Part shown: positions 39,359 to 49,163 of the stretch, piece after piece | Layout of the letters: each line of letters begins with the position of its first letter | Position numbering within the stretch: position 1 is the stretch's first letter | Assembly (NCBI GenBank): GCA_965220965.1 | Contig: CBDCRI010000001.1 | Span: forward strand, 288,001 to 352,000 | DNA: 64,000 nucleotides | Reading direction: 5' to 3' | Source of the DNA: Candidatus Marinacidobacterium sp. | GTDB lineage: Bacteria > Acidobacteriota > Vicinamibacteria > Marinacidobacterales > Marinacidobacteraceae | The notes under the pieces: model-generated | What the model saw: only the letters and a program-made list of their open reading frames with translations | What the model was told of the DNA's origin: nothing | Databases searched by the model: none | Position numbers and translations under genes: made by a program

Positions 39359-39693
39359 GGGGCCGGTGGCCGCGTTTATGGGTTATGGCCTTCGTGCGGT
39401 TCTCGCCGCGCCCTACCTCTTGATTGAGGGCAGCCAAGCCGGCGCGGCGGGCACTCGCGGACGGACGACTTTTCGCTGATTGCGGAGGCAATGGCCACCT
39501 GCGTCTCACCGTCGGTCCCCGACCTGCCGCCATCGCCAAGTAGCGCTCAGTTGCGGTTGGAGCGGCGGCTTTGGGGAGAAAATCCGGGGGAAGTCAGCGC
39601 TAACTTAGGGCGACAGAGGCCTCCGCCCGGCGTAGGAGGCAACTGTGGTAGGCCTTGTGGCTTGGGCACGGAGCATTCCCCGCCGCCGGACGC

Positions 39694-40515
39694 TCAGGGC
39701 CGCATTGCCCCGCTTGCCGGCGGCGCTCCCCGCAGGCACTTCAGGTGGCTCTGCAGTTCGGCGTCGGCCTCCAGGTTGGCCATGAGCGCCAGCAGCACGT
39801 CGTCGAAGTCGCATCTTGGCCAGGCCAGGGTCTCGTCCGCCTCGAAAGTCTCGCGCCACGCCCTCTCCTGCTCCCCGTCGAAGTTGAGCGTCCAATCGTG
39901 CAGGCGGACCTTGTTGTCCAGCGTGATCGCGTCGCCGTGCTTGGCCGTCAGCCAAGCGGCGTCGTAGAGGTCCCTGGCCTGAACGCGCCGGTCATCTCCC
40001 ACCAGCGCGTTCAGCTTGAGGCTGGCGAGCGTGGGCATGTCATAGACGGCGAGCCCGTCCACCATGACGATTCGGTCCTGGTCAAGGCGGGGCTTGCGGA
40101 TGCCGTCGCGCACGTTGACGTCGATTTTGGCGCGGAAGGGCTCCGCGAATCCGGCGTGGCGGAACCAAAGGCGGACGTAGCCGCGCCCGTGCTGCTTGAC
40201 GTCGAGCCGCTCGACTTCGAGGTCCTTGCGTTGCGCCAACGTCCTGCCGACCCTTTCCACCACGTCGACGCGCCTGGCCACGTCAAGGTCCAAGTCCATG
40301 GAAGGGCGCGTCAGCCCGTAGGCGGCCGCCAGCGCGGTCCCGCCCTTGAGCGCAAACCACCGCTGGCCCTGCGGCGGGCCAAGGGACAGCCCCCGGACGA
40401 CATGGACCAGCACGCCCAGCAGGGCGCGCTCGCGGGGCGAGAGTGCAACCTCCGGCGGCGGCGTGCCGCCGGTCAAGTCGAAAGCCCGTGGCGCATGTGC
40501 GTTCCCTTCTCCCAA
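39694..40515 (-). CDS. AbiEii-family nucleotidyltransferase toxin
   Basis: LKGGTAL...YGL.RPSMDLDLD, KIDV, KL.AL and R.QARDLYD motifs. Confidence 0.85.
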   Translation of the reverse strand: MGEGNAHAPRAFDLTGGTPPPEVALSPRERALLGVLVHVVRGLSLGPPQGQRWFALKGGTALAAAYGLTRPSMDLDLDVARRVDVVERVGRTLAQRKDLEVERLDVKQHGRGYVRLWFRHAGFAEPFRAKIDVNVRDGIRKPRLDQDRIVMVDGLAVYDMPTLASLKLNALVGDDRRVQARDLYDAAWLTAKHGDAITLDNKVRLHDWTLNFDGEQERAWRETFEADETLAWPRCDFDDVLLALMANLEADAELQSHLKCLRGAPPASGAMRP

Positions 40516-41105
40516 TCCGCATCCGGCGACAGGTCGCGCGTCCAGCGGCTCCAGAGTCGCAGCGCCTCCCCCTCAAGGGCCGCCGCCAAGGCGCGCACCA
40601 GCCGGTGGAGGTGCCCGAACTGGGCCTCAGTCCACAGCCACTTGGCCACCGAAGGCCCGTCGTAGGGGCCTGGGAAGCCCGTTGGCCGGCTGGCCAACCA
40701 GTCCCATGCGCCGTCCGCGATGGCCCGGTCATGGCGCGCCGCCCACACGGGAGCCGCCGAGCTCCCCTGCGGGTGCCCGATCAGGCGCAGTGACGGCCGG
40801 GCGTCGAACAGCCGGTCCCAGCCAAGCAGATTTGCCGGCGTGCGCAACGTGAAGCCGTTTCTGGCCTTGTTGGCGAGCAGCATCTCCATCCCGTTTCCGG
40901 TGCGGCCTTCGGCGGGAACGAACCAAGAGCCCTCGGCGTGCCAGTCGCCGCCTGACGGGCAGTCGGGATCGACGAGGTTGAGCGCATGAATGCCGGTCAG
41001 GTACTGGCTCACGCTGGTCGGGGGAATGCGAACGGGAATGGCCTGCGCCCAGGCCGGCGCGGGCGCATCAGGGCCTCTTCGGGTCGGTTGGTGCCTGTCG
41101 GCCAT
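40473..41105 (-). CDS. Putative antitoxin of the downstream nucleotidyltransferase
   Basis: Upstream and overlapping. YLTGIHALNL...GDWH and A.H.RAIAD motifs. Possibly SanaA-like, unverified. Confidence 0.65.
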   Translation of the reverse strand: MADRHQPTRRGPDAPAPAWAQAIPVRIPPTSVSQYLTGIHALNLVDPDCPSGGDWHAEGSWFVPAEGRTGNGMEMLLANKARNGFTLRTPANLLGWDRLFDARPSLRLIGHPQGSSAAPVWAARHDRAIADGAWDWLASRPTGFPGPYDGPSVAKWLWTEAQFGHLHRLVRALAAALEGEALRLWSRWTRDLSPDADWEKGTHMRHGLST

Positions 41106-41195
41106 GGCTTCACGGCTCCTGGGCGGTTGGCGCCGGACAGCGTATCACAGCGCTCCTGAAGGGCGCTCCCGCCCAGGCCCGGCCCAAGCGCCCCA

Positions 41196-42185
41196 TCAAG
41201 CCTGCGGCGCGCCCCCGCCGGCCAGCGCTGGCCGCGGACCCGACCCGGGGCGAGGCGCTTCCAGGATCGCCTCGCGGAGCATGCCGAACCGATGTTCGAG
41301 CTCCAACTGGACCGTGCCGGGCAGCAGCAGCTGGTTGCGCAGCCTGGCGGCAGGCAGGTCGAGCACGGTCAGCGGCGCGCCGCCCTCCCCGCCCTTAGCC
41401 AAGCCGATGACGAGGGCCTCCTTGCCGTCGGGCGCGCGCGAGGTCACGCAATCCTCGTCGTGCCAGTCCGCCGTCAGCCGGTCCAGAAGCGAAAGGCCCG
41501 TCTCCCCTGGGCTGAAGGACAGGCCGCGCCCGGGGAGGGCGCGCCGCCAGATGAAGCGGTTGCGGCGCTCGCCAAGGTCCAGCGCGAGCGCCCGAAGGGC
41601 CTTCAGGGCCTGCGAGTCGGGCCCTTCGGACAGGCCGCGGCAGACGGCCAAGGCCATGTGGCCAACGACCTCCCCGGCGCGGCCGGCTTCGCCGGAGCGC
41701 ACCGCCTCCAGCGCCAGCCGGCTGCAGTCCCGCACAACCTGCTTCGCGTACGTCGCTAGCGGCGGCCCGGCGGGATTGGCGTCCCCGGGCTGCGCGAGCT
41801 CGGCCAAGGGGGCCTCCAGCCGCTTGAACAGGGCCTTGACCTCGGCGGCGTAGGCCGCCTCCCGGCCCTTCGCGTCGGCGTCGGAGCCCTCCGGCCCGGC
41901 GGTCACCAACGGATAGCTCATGCGCAGGGCAACGAAGGTCCGCGACCAGTCCGTGAGGGCCGCGGGGGCAGCCCTCAACTCGAGCCGGAGGCCGCCCGCG
42001 CCCTCCATGAACAGGGGGGCGTTCCGGGTTCCCTTGGGCATGGTGAGAAACTTCGCCTTGGCCTTGATGGCCCGCTCGACGAGGGCGCGTCCCTCGGCCA
42101 GCCCCTCTTCGGGCGCGGCCGCCTCGCCGAGGACGGACGCCCGATACCCATACTCGGACGCCAAGGCCTTGCGAACCATGCTCAT
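41196..42185 (-). CDS. Hypothetical protein
   Basis: 329-aa protein-like ORF with upstream TACAAT (~42227). Divergent from array A. Confidence 0.65.
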   Translation of the reverse strand: MSMVRKALASEYGYRASVLGEAAAPEEGLAEGRALVERAIKAKAKFLTMPKGTRNAPLFMEGAGGLRLELRAAPAALTDWSRTFVALRMSYPLVTAGPEGSDADAKGREAAYAAEVKALFKRLEAPLAELAQPGDANPAGPPLATYAKQVVRDCSRLALEAVRSGEAGRAGEVVGHMALAVCRGLSEGPDSQALKALRALALDLGERRNRFIWRRALPGRGLSFSPGETGLSLLDRLTADWHDEDCVTSRAPDGKEALVIGLAKGGEGGAPLTVLDLPAARLRNQLLLPGTVQLELEHRFGMLREAILEAPRPGSGPRPALAGGGAPQA

Positions 42186-42553
42186 CTCGGTCTTTCCCTG
42201 GCGGCTCGGCTGGCCGTTCCGGCGCATTGTAGTGGCTCCCTGCCGAACCGGCCCGCCTGGGCCCCTGGCCCGCGGACGCACGGACGTTCGCCGAGGCCCC
42301 GCTCAAGGATCAGCCCCGCGGCTCGGAGCAGGCGGGCGGCATGCCGAGCCGTCCATGCGCTGAGCGGACAGGCCTCGGCCGGGCGTTGCGGCTTTCCCTA
42401 GGCGACGGATGCCTCGAGCGGCGCGAGTCAAGGACTTGACGCTGGGCCTTCGCAACGTGTTGTAGACTGGGCGCCATTGGCCGTTTCGCCCCATGGTAGG
42501 AGACGACATCGAATTGACGAAAACAACTGCGGCTCAGGCGCTTAATCGATAGA

Positions 42554-42947
42554 GGCTGCCCCGCCCGTGCGGGGATGACCCCTCAGAAGCCTAGATTTTC
42601 ATCACTTTCTGATAGGCTGCCCCGCCCCTGCGGGGATGAACCCAAACAGGCAGCCACGCACTTCGACGAATTGGCGGCCGCCCCGCCAGCGCGGGGATGG
42701 CCCTTGGAAACGGCGGGGTTGATCACTCGGGTGGAGGATGGCCCCGCCTGCGCGGGGATGGACCCTTCGGCGTGTGTTTCGACGGGCTTTTCATCGAGTT
42801 AGCCCCGCCTGCGCGGGGATGGACCCTCGGGTATTCCTCGTGAAATGCTTTTGGATCAATTAGCCCCGCCAGCGCGGGGATGAACCCACAGCCATGTTGC
42901 GACCGGCCGAAAGCTGGCGATGGCGCCGCCCATGCGGGGATGGGGCC
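42554..42947 (+). CRISPR. Orphan array A, type I-E-like 29-bp repeats (7 repeats / 6 spacers)
   Basis: CCCCGC-nnnn-GCGGGGATG hairpin repeats with a 61-bp period. Repeat ends and loops vary. Confidence 0.9.
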
Positions 42948-43479
42948 AGGCTTCTGTTGAAGCCTCGGCGAGGGGTCGCCGCGTGCCTGTCAGAGCGGGC
43001 GCGGACCGCAAAGCGGCCGCGCCGCATGCTTCGGTTCGCGGCCGGCGTGCATGCCACGTCCCCACCGGGTTTTCGCGAGGCGCCAGAGGCAGGCATGGGA
43101 GGCCGCTGAACCGTCGCTTGCCGCCTATGCCTGCCTCGACGTAAAGCCTGGGAAGCCCGCCCCTAAGTCAGGGAAGGCCCGGCGGTGGGGGCCCGACTTT
43201 CGGCGTGCCTGTCGCGCTCAAGGATCAGGGTGCCGGTCCGGGCGCGCTCCCACCCAGGATGGCCCATCCATGCCGTGACCGGGGAGGCTCCGTCCGATGA
43301 CGCGGCCGGCTCGGCGCCGGCCTGCCACGCCGACCGATGGCGGTGGCGGCGGTGAGGAGCCGATCCCTGGCGCTGGGCCCACGCCAGGTGTTGTACACTG
43401 GCGGCGTTGCGCCGTTCATGGGGGAAATCGATTTAACGGATCAGACATTGTGAGTTTCAACAAGGACTTAATGGATAGG
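42948..43479 (+). repeat. Inter-array block (trailer + leader), copy 1
   Basis: Closely similar to 43693-44123 and 44580-45123. Starts with hairpin AGGCTT-ctgttg-AAGCCT and ends ...GATCAGACATTGTGAGTT.CAACAAGG.CTTAA..GATAGG. Confidence 0.85.
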
Positions 43480-43692
43480 GTCGGCCCCGCCAGCGCGGGG
43501 ATGGGCCTTTGCCGCCGCACATGTCGATGAGGCGCGAGCCGTTAGCCCCGCCAGCGCGGGGATGGTCCCCGAGGTGAGACGGCCATTAGGTCGGAAGAAG
43601 AAGTTAGCCCCGCCCGAGCGTGGATGGCCCCTCGATTCGGACGCAGCTTGGTCTAATTGCTTCGTTAGCCCCGCCAGCGCGGGGATGGAGCG
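43480..43692 (+). CRISPR. Orphan array B (4 repeats / 3 spacers)
   Basis: Same I-E-like repeat family, 32-33 bp spacers. Confidence 0.88.
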
Positions 43693-44123
43693 AGCCTTCT
43701 GTTGCAGCCTCGGCGAGGGGAGGCTCTGTACCTGCCAGAATGGGCACGGACCGCGCGGATCACAAACAATGTCCGCCTCGACGTCAAGCGAAGGAAGCCC
43801 GCCACGATGTCAGGGAAGGCACGGCGGAGGCGGCCCTGACTCTCGGCGTGGCTGTCGCGCTCAGGGATCAGGTTGCCGGTCCGGGCGCGCTCCCACCCAG
43901 GATGACCCGTCGATGCCGTGACCGGGGAGGCCCAGTCCGATGACGCGGCCGGCTCTGCGCTGGCCTGCCACGCCGACCGATGGCGGTGGCGGCGGCGAGG
44001 AGCCAAGCCCTGACGCCTGGCCTTCGACATGTGTTGTACACTGGAGGCGCGCCGTTCATGGGGGGAGGATATCGAGTTAACCGATCAGACATTGTGAGTT
44101 GCAACAAGGGCTTAAGGGATAGG
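43693..44123 (+). repeat. Inter-array block, copy 2 (internal deletion of ~100 bp)
   Basis: Matches copies 1 and 3 but lacks the CGGTTCGCGGCCGGCGTGCATGCCACG segment. Confidence 0.85.
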
Positions 44124-44579
44124 GTTGGCCCCGCCAGCGCGGGGATGGACCCCTCTTGAACACCATCGGCGCAACGCTCAAGCCGTTGGCCCCGCCAGCG
44201 CGGGGATGGACCCGCTATGTTGGGGAAGGGTGTCTCGTCGAGAAGGTTGGCCCCGCCTGCGCGGGGATGGACCCCTCTTGGCAAAGATGAATTTTGCCAC
44301 GCAATCGTTGGCCCCGCCTGCGCGGGGATGGACCCTGCATTCGACGGCAGCTTGCTCTCATTGCTTCGTTGGCCCCGCCAGCGCGGGGATGGACCCCTCA
44401 TTGAAATGATGACCAGTGACTCCACCGAGCTTGCCCCGCCCGAGCGGGGATGATCCCTTGAGAAAGTGGCCAGCGACGCCAATGCTCCAGTTGGCCCCGC
44501 CCGCGCGGGGGAGAGCCCGTTGCATGTTGACGCCGCGATCGCGAGCGAAGCTTTGCCCCGCCCACGCGGGGATGGAGCG
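44124..44579 (+). CRISPR. Orphan array C (8 repeats / 7 spacers)
   Basis: Leader-proximal repeats are GTTGGCCCCGCC(A/T)GCGCGGGGATGGACCC. Distal repeats are degenerate. Confidence 0.92.
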
Positions 44580-45123
44580 AGGCTTGTGTTGCAGCCTCGG
44601 CGAGGGGAGCCTCTCCAACTGCCAGAACGTGCTCGGATCGCTTGGATCGCAAAGCGGCCGCGCCACAAGCTTCGGTTCGCGGCCGGCGTGCATGCCACGT
44701 CCCCACCCAGGTTTTCGCGAGGCGCCCGAGGCTGGCTTTGGCGGCCGCTGAGCCGTCGCCTGCCGCCAATGCCTGCCTCGACGTCAAGCGAAGGAAGCCC
44801 GCCCCCGGAAGTCAGGGAAGGCCGGCGGTGGGGCCCCGGCCTTCGGCGTGCCTGTCGCGCACAAGGATCAGGTTGCCGGTCCGGGCACGCTCCCACCCAG
44901 GATGACCCGTCGATGCCGTGACTGGGGAGGCCAAGCCCAATGGCGCGGTTGGCTCGGAGCCGGCCTGCCATGCCGACCGATGGCGGTGGCGGCGGCGAGG
45001 AGCCAACCCCTGACGCCTGGCCTGCGCCATGTGCTGTACACTGGAGGCGCGCCGTTCATGGGGGGAGGCTATCGAGTTAACGGATCAGACATTGTGAGTT
45101 GCAACAAGGGCTTAAGGGATAGG
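44580..45123 (+). repeat. Inter-array block, copy 3
   Basis: Collinear with copy 1. Confidence 0.85.
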
Positions 45124-45815
45124 GTTGGCCCCGCCTGCGCGGGGATGGACCCACAAGAACCGCCTATGATGGATCTTGAGGCCGGTTGGCCCCGCCTGCG
45201 CGGGGATGGACCCTCGTGGAACATCCGCGTTGGGTAAGCGCGCGTGTTGGCCCCGCCTGCGCGGGGATGGACCCTTTCTAAACGGAAGTTGTGTCGCAGT
45301 TGTGTGGTTGGTCCCGCCGGCGCGGGGATGGACCCGAGAAGGGAGCGACATCAGGTCGGAAGAAGAAGTTAGCCCCGCCTGCGCGGGGATGCACCGGAGT
45401 CCAAGACCGCCTGTGTGCCTGCAGCGCGATTGCCCCGCCCGAGCGGGGATGGGCCGTTGGATGAGCAGGTCCTTTCCCGCAAGGCAAAGTTGGCCCCGCC
45501 CATGCGGGGATGGCCCGCATTCAAAAACCGCATGCGCGCCTGCGTTGCGCCGGCCCCGCCCTTGCGGGGATGGTCCCTATGACGATGTGACGCTGCAGAC
45601 AGCAGAGGAGCGTTGGCCCCGCCTGTGCGGGGATGAACCCACTCCTCGGTCCGCTTTGCCCACTGCACGGCTTCGCTGGCCCCGCCCAAGCGGGGATGGC
45701 CCTTTGTCCAAGACCGCATGCGTGGCTGCAGCGCCTTGGCCCCGCCCGTGCGGGGATGATCCCGGCGCGCAGTGGATGGCGCCTGCCTTCGTCGGTTTGG
45801 CCCCGCCCGCGCGCT
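45124..45815 (+). CRISPR. Orphan array D (11 repeats plus a partial 12th / 11 spacers)
   Basis: Same repeat family, with uniform repeats near the leader and variable ones distally. Confidence 0.92.
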
Positions 45816-46007
45816 CCCCGCGTCCGCTTCGGACCCGCGAAAGCTGCGGCTGCGCCACGCGCCGCCGGAGAAGGCCCTTGCTGGCAAAGGCCTCCCGGCA
45901 GCCGGCCGGGACCGCCCGTGAACCCGAACCCGCCATGGCCGCCTGCGGGCGCGAAGGCGGCGGGATTTGCTTCAATCCGCCCTGAACACTTCCGGAGCGG
46001 ACGCCCG

Positions 46008-47180
46008 ATGAACGACGCCGACATCCTCCCCGCCCCCCGCATCGCCGATGCCTCCGACGCCTTGCACAGCTGGCTGCGGTCGCACCTTGCCGTCCCCACC
46101 AAGGCGAGGATGTGGGGCGTGGAGGGAACCTTCACCCCGCCGCTGTCCAGGGCGGTCTACGGGGACGGCGGCGCCATCCTCTGCGTCTGCGACAGGCGCG
46201 CCCGCCCCGCCTTCTGGCAGGTGCGCATCGACAGCAAGTGGCGCATCGGGACCGAGCCCGGCCGCGACCACGCCGCCCTCGACTTGGGCAAGGCCATCCG
46301 CGAGATCGCGGCCAACTTGGCGGCTGAGTTCGCGCCCCTGGACACCGAGGTCGAGGCCGCGGAGGAGAAGGCCCAGCAGGCGGACGACGAAATCGATTGG
46401 ATGCGGGACTGCGACCCGGAGGCGGCCTTCATGGACCCAGGCCTTCCCAGGGACGCGCACGGCAACTTGGCGATCGACATCAGCGACGGCGTGATGTTCT
46501 GGCGCGGCGGCGCGACCGCCGCGCCGACGGCCGTGCGCCACTGCGCGTTCGGCGAGGCGGGCGTCGGCGAGCTCGACGTGATGCACCACGGGATCGTGGA
46601 GCCGGTCAGGATCGGGGGCGTCCTAGTGATGCCCCGCGTCGCGGACGCCTCCGAGGCCGAGCACCTGCGCCTGCAGGCGCTCCTGTGCGCGCCTCGGGAG
46701 GGGCGCCTTTGGGAGCACTCCCGGCCGGTCAAGTTCACGCCAGCGCTGTCGCGCGCGGTCTACGGCGACGGCAAGGGCCTCATCGGCATCACGACCATCA
46801 GCGACCGGCCGCGGTACTGGCTGGTGCGCATCGACAGCCAGTGGATGGTGCCGGGCCGCAGCTGCGACGCCGAGCGCCGGCTGCCCCCCGACGCGCCGGA
46901 CGTGGGCGAGGCCATGGAGGGCATAGAGGTGAACCTCATCGCTGAGTTCGGCTCCTCCGACCCGGAAGCCTACCTCGACGATGAGATCGCCGACTGCGAC
47001 GACTGCTGCGGCCGCGGGTGCGACGCCTGCGCCCACACCGGCTACGGGCCCGAGGGCACGCCGCCGGACTTCCCGGCCATCGATCTGACCGACGGGACCA
47101 GCTGGTGGCGCGAGGACTACCCGGCGCCGTCCGCGGACGCCCGGCCGCGCAAGGCGCGCCTTCCCGCCCCCGCCGTCTAG
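46008..47180 (+). CDS. Hypothetical protein with a duplicated domain and C-terminal CxxCxGxGCxxC zinc-finger-like motif
   Basis: Two copies of PRxADAS..FTPxLSRAVYGDG..RPxxWxVRIDSxW, followed by CDDCCGRGCDAC. Confidence 0.8.
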   Translation: MNDADILPAPRIADASDALHSWLRSHLAVPTKARMWGVEGTFTPPLSRAVYGDGGAILCVCDRRARPAFWQVRIDSKWRIGTEPGRDHAALDLGKAIREIAANLAAEFAPLDTEVEAAEEKAQQADDEIDWMRDCDPEAAFMDPGLPRDAHGNLAIDISDGVMFWRGGATAAPTAVRHCAFGEAGVGELDVMHHGIVEPVRIGGVLVMPRVADASEAEHLRLQALLCAPREGRLWEHSRPVKFTPALSRAVYGDGKGLIGITTISDRPRYWLVRIDSQWMVPGRSCDAERRLPPDAPDVGEAMEGIEVNLIAEFGSSDPEAYLDDEIADCDDCCGRGCDACAHTGYGPEGTPPDFPAIDLTDGTSWWREDYPAPSADARPRKARLPAPAV

Positions 47181-47257
47181 GCCGTAGGCGCCGGCCGCGG
47201 CACCGTTGGTGGCGCGCTTCCTACAATCTCGGGCATCGCTTCACGTGGGGGGCCGAC

Positions 47258-48373
47258 ATGCCCGACCCGGCAGGCAGCAGGGCGCCATGCGGGCGCCTGG
47301 AGGACGCCGTCATCGACGGCGACCGGTTTTCGCCGCGGACCGCCGCCCCGTCGGACGCCGAGCACGGGCGCTGGCGCGCGCTGCTGGAGGCGCCGACCAG
47401 GGCCAAGGTCTGGGGCGCGGGGCCGGAGCGGGCGTTCATCCCGCCGCTCTCCTCGACCGTGTACGGCGACGGCGAGGCGGTCCTGTGCGTGTCGCCCATC
47501 AAGTCGCGGCCGGCCTTCTGGCAGGTGCGCATCGACAGCGAGTGGCGCCATGGCGACGGCGGCGGCCCGCCGCGGCGCAACAGCGACGTGGCCCAGGGGG
47601 TCCACGCGATCGCCCGCAACCTCGCGCGGGAGTTCGGCGCCGCGTTCGACCTCTCCGAAGGCTTCTCGTGGCAGCGCGGCGGCCCCGACGCCGCCGTCCC
47701 GAGGGATCCGGACAAGCCGCACTACCACCCGGTCCTGCGCTTCGGCCTCGAAGCGCCGGGCGCGATGGCGCGCAGCGAGCTCGACGGGAGGCTTGGGCAC
47801 GTGGACGTGGGCCCGGGGAACGCCCTGCGGTCCGCCGAGGCCATCGCGGTCTGCCCGCGGGTCGCGGACGCCGCCGACGTCGAGCACGAGCGGCTGCGCG
47901 CCGCGCTGTGCGTGCCCCAGACGGGAGAGCTGCGGGGCCAGCCGGTCGAGTTCACGCCGCCGCTGTCCAATGCCGTGTACGGGGACGGACGCGCGCTGCT
48001 GTGCGTCTCCACCCGCAACGACCGCCCCAAGCACTGGCTGGTCCGCATCGACAGCCAATGGCGGGTCGTTGGGGATCCGCACCTGCCGCCGGACGCGCCC
48101 GATGTCAAAGGGATGATCCTGGCCATCCTCGACAACCTAGAGGCGGAGTTCGGCGACGGCGGCCTCAACAGCCGCTTCACCGGGAAGCGCTGCGGCGCCT
48201 GCCCCGCTGAAGGCGCCTGCGAGTCCTGCCAGGGATGCGGCTTCGAGCCTTGCTGCGAGCCGCCCGAGTTTCCGGCGATCGACACCTCCGTCGGCTTCGG
48301 CTACTGGCGGCAGGACTACCCGCAGCCGCCTGCCCCGAGGCGGCTCCCCAACGCTTCCGCCTGTGGGCCGTAA
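47258..48373 (+). CDS. Paralog of 46008..47180
   Basis: Same two-domain layout, with CGAC...CESCQGCG. Upstream TACAAT at 47222. Confidence 0.8.
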   Translation: MPDPAGSRAPCGRLEDAVIDGDRFSPRTAAPSDAEHGRWRALLEAPTRAKVWGAGPERAFIPPLSSTVYGDGEAVLCVSPIKSRPAFWQVRIDSEWRHGDGGGPPRRNSDVAQGVHAIARNLAREFGAAFDLSEGFSWQRGGPDAAVPRDPDKPHYHPVLRFGLEAPGAMARSELDGRLGHVDVGPGNALRSAEAIAVCPRVADAADVEHERLRAALCVPQTGELRGQPVEFTPPLSNAVYGDGRALLCVSTRNDRPKHWLVRIDSQWRVVGDPHLPPDAPDVKGMILAILDNLEAEFGDGGLNSRFTGKRCGACPAEGACESCQGCGFEPCCEPPEFPAIDTSVGFGYWRQDYPQPPAPRRLPNASACGP

Positions 48374-48524
48374 GGCCGCAGCGCGGGGACGCGGCAGCGA
48401 AGCCGCGCGCTTTCGCGGGTTGCTGCAGGCAGGCGGTTCAGAGCCCCCGAACGCCCAAGGCCGAATCCCCCGCTGTGGCATAATCCCTGCCAGTGCCAAG
48501 GCGAGCCAAGGAACCGGGGGAAGC

Positions 48525-48842
48525 ATGCCGGAGGTGGACTCAGCAGCCGCGCGAAACGGCTTGGGCGCGGTCGAGGCCAAGCCGCCCGACCTGCGGGTTG
48601 GGCGCGCGCTCGACGCCGGCTGGCGGGCCACCGTCAGGGAAGGCCGCCCGGGACCGCTTCGAAAGGACTTCGAAGCGGCTTTGCAAGCCGTCGCCGAACA
48701 GGGCGGCCCGGTTCCCCTGGGGCGCATCCAGCGCCGGGTCGAGGCCGCCGTGAGGCGCGCATGCGGCCGGGCCGACGCGCGCGCGCATCGCGGGGCCGCG
48801 GCCGCAAGGCGGCCCAGGGCGCTTGGCGGGGCGGACTCATGA
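48525..48842 (+). CDS. Small hypothetical protein
   Basis: Upstream TGGCATAAT and a G-rich RBS. ATGA overlap with the next ORF. Confidence 0.5.
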   Translation: MPEVDSAAARNGLGAVEAKPPDLRVGRALDAGWRATVREGRPGPLRKDFEAALQAVAEQGGPVPLGRIQRRVEAAVRRACGRADARAHRGAAAARRPRALGGADS

Positions 48843-49096
48843 TCTGGAAGACCACCAACGCCTCCACGCAGATCGACGACATCGCCTGGGAGCACGGCTT
48901 CGAGGGCGAGCTCGTCGACGCGGATTGCGTCAGGCACGACGCCAACGGCTTCGCGCCGCCCATCGACGAGGTCAAGCGCGGGCTCTGGACGCTTGCGGGC
49001 GCCGAAACCGCGCGCCCGCTGTGGGAGCGGGCCGACGGGGCGCCGGGCGGGCCGGCCAAGCGCCCCGCCCCCAAGGCCGCGCCCGGGCCGGCGTGA
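48839..49096 (+). CDS. Small hypothetical protein
   Basis: MIWKTT..., translationally coupled, ends KRPAPKAAPGPA. Confidence 0.6.
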   Translation: MIWKTTNASTQIDDIAWEHGFEGELVDADCVRHDANGFAPPIDEVKRGLWTLAGAETARPLWERADGAPGGPAKRPAPKAAPGPA

Positions 49097-49163
49097 GGGC
49101 TTGCGCTGCCGGCAGCCGCCGCCTGCCCGGAGCGCCCATTCACGACGCGGCACGGAGACGGGA

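Noticed and set aside
37769-39539. ORFs with repeated LITPHGDWE / SLPLMGIGN / HYPSWGLG peptides
   Set aside because: They are translations of the CRISPR repeat.
42948-45123. Inter-array block as a MITE inserted into one long array
   Set aside because: No terminal inverted repeats or target duplications. The leader part also occurs before array A, which fits tandem duplication better.
45397-45734. Reverse-strand reading of the triplet spacers (GTQAVLD / GAHAVFE / ATHAVLD) resembling an IS4 transposase motif
   Set aside because: Too short, and the forward frame explains the substitutions at least as well.
42575-45985. ORFs across the orphan arrays and inter-array blocks
   Set aside because: Repeat translations. 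No reading frame appears to be kept across all block copies, and I see no cas remnant.
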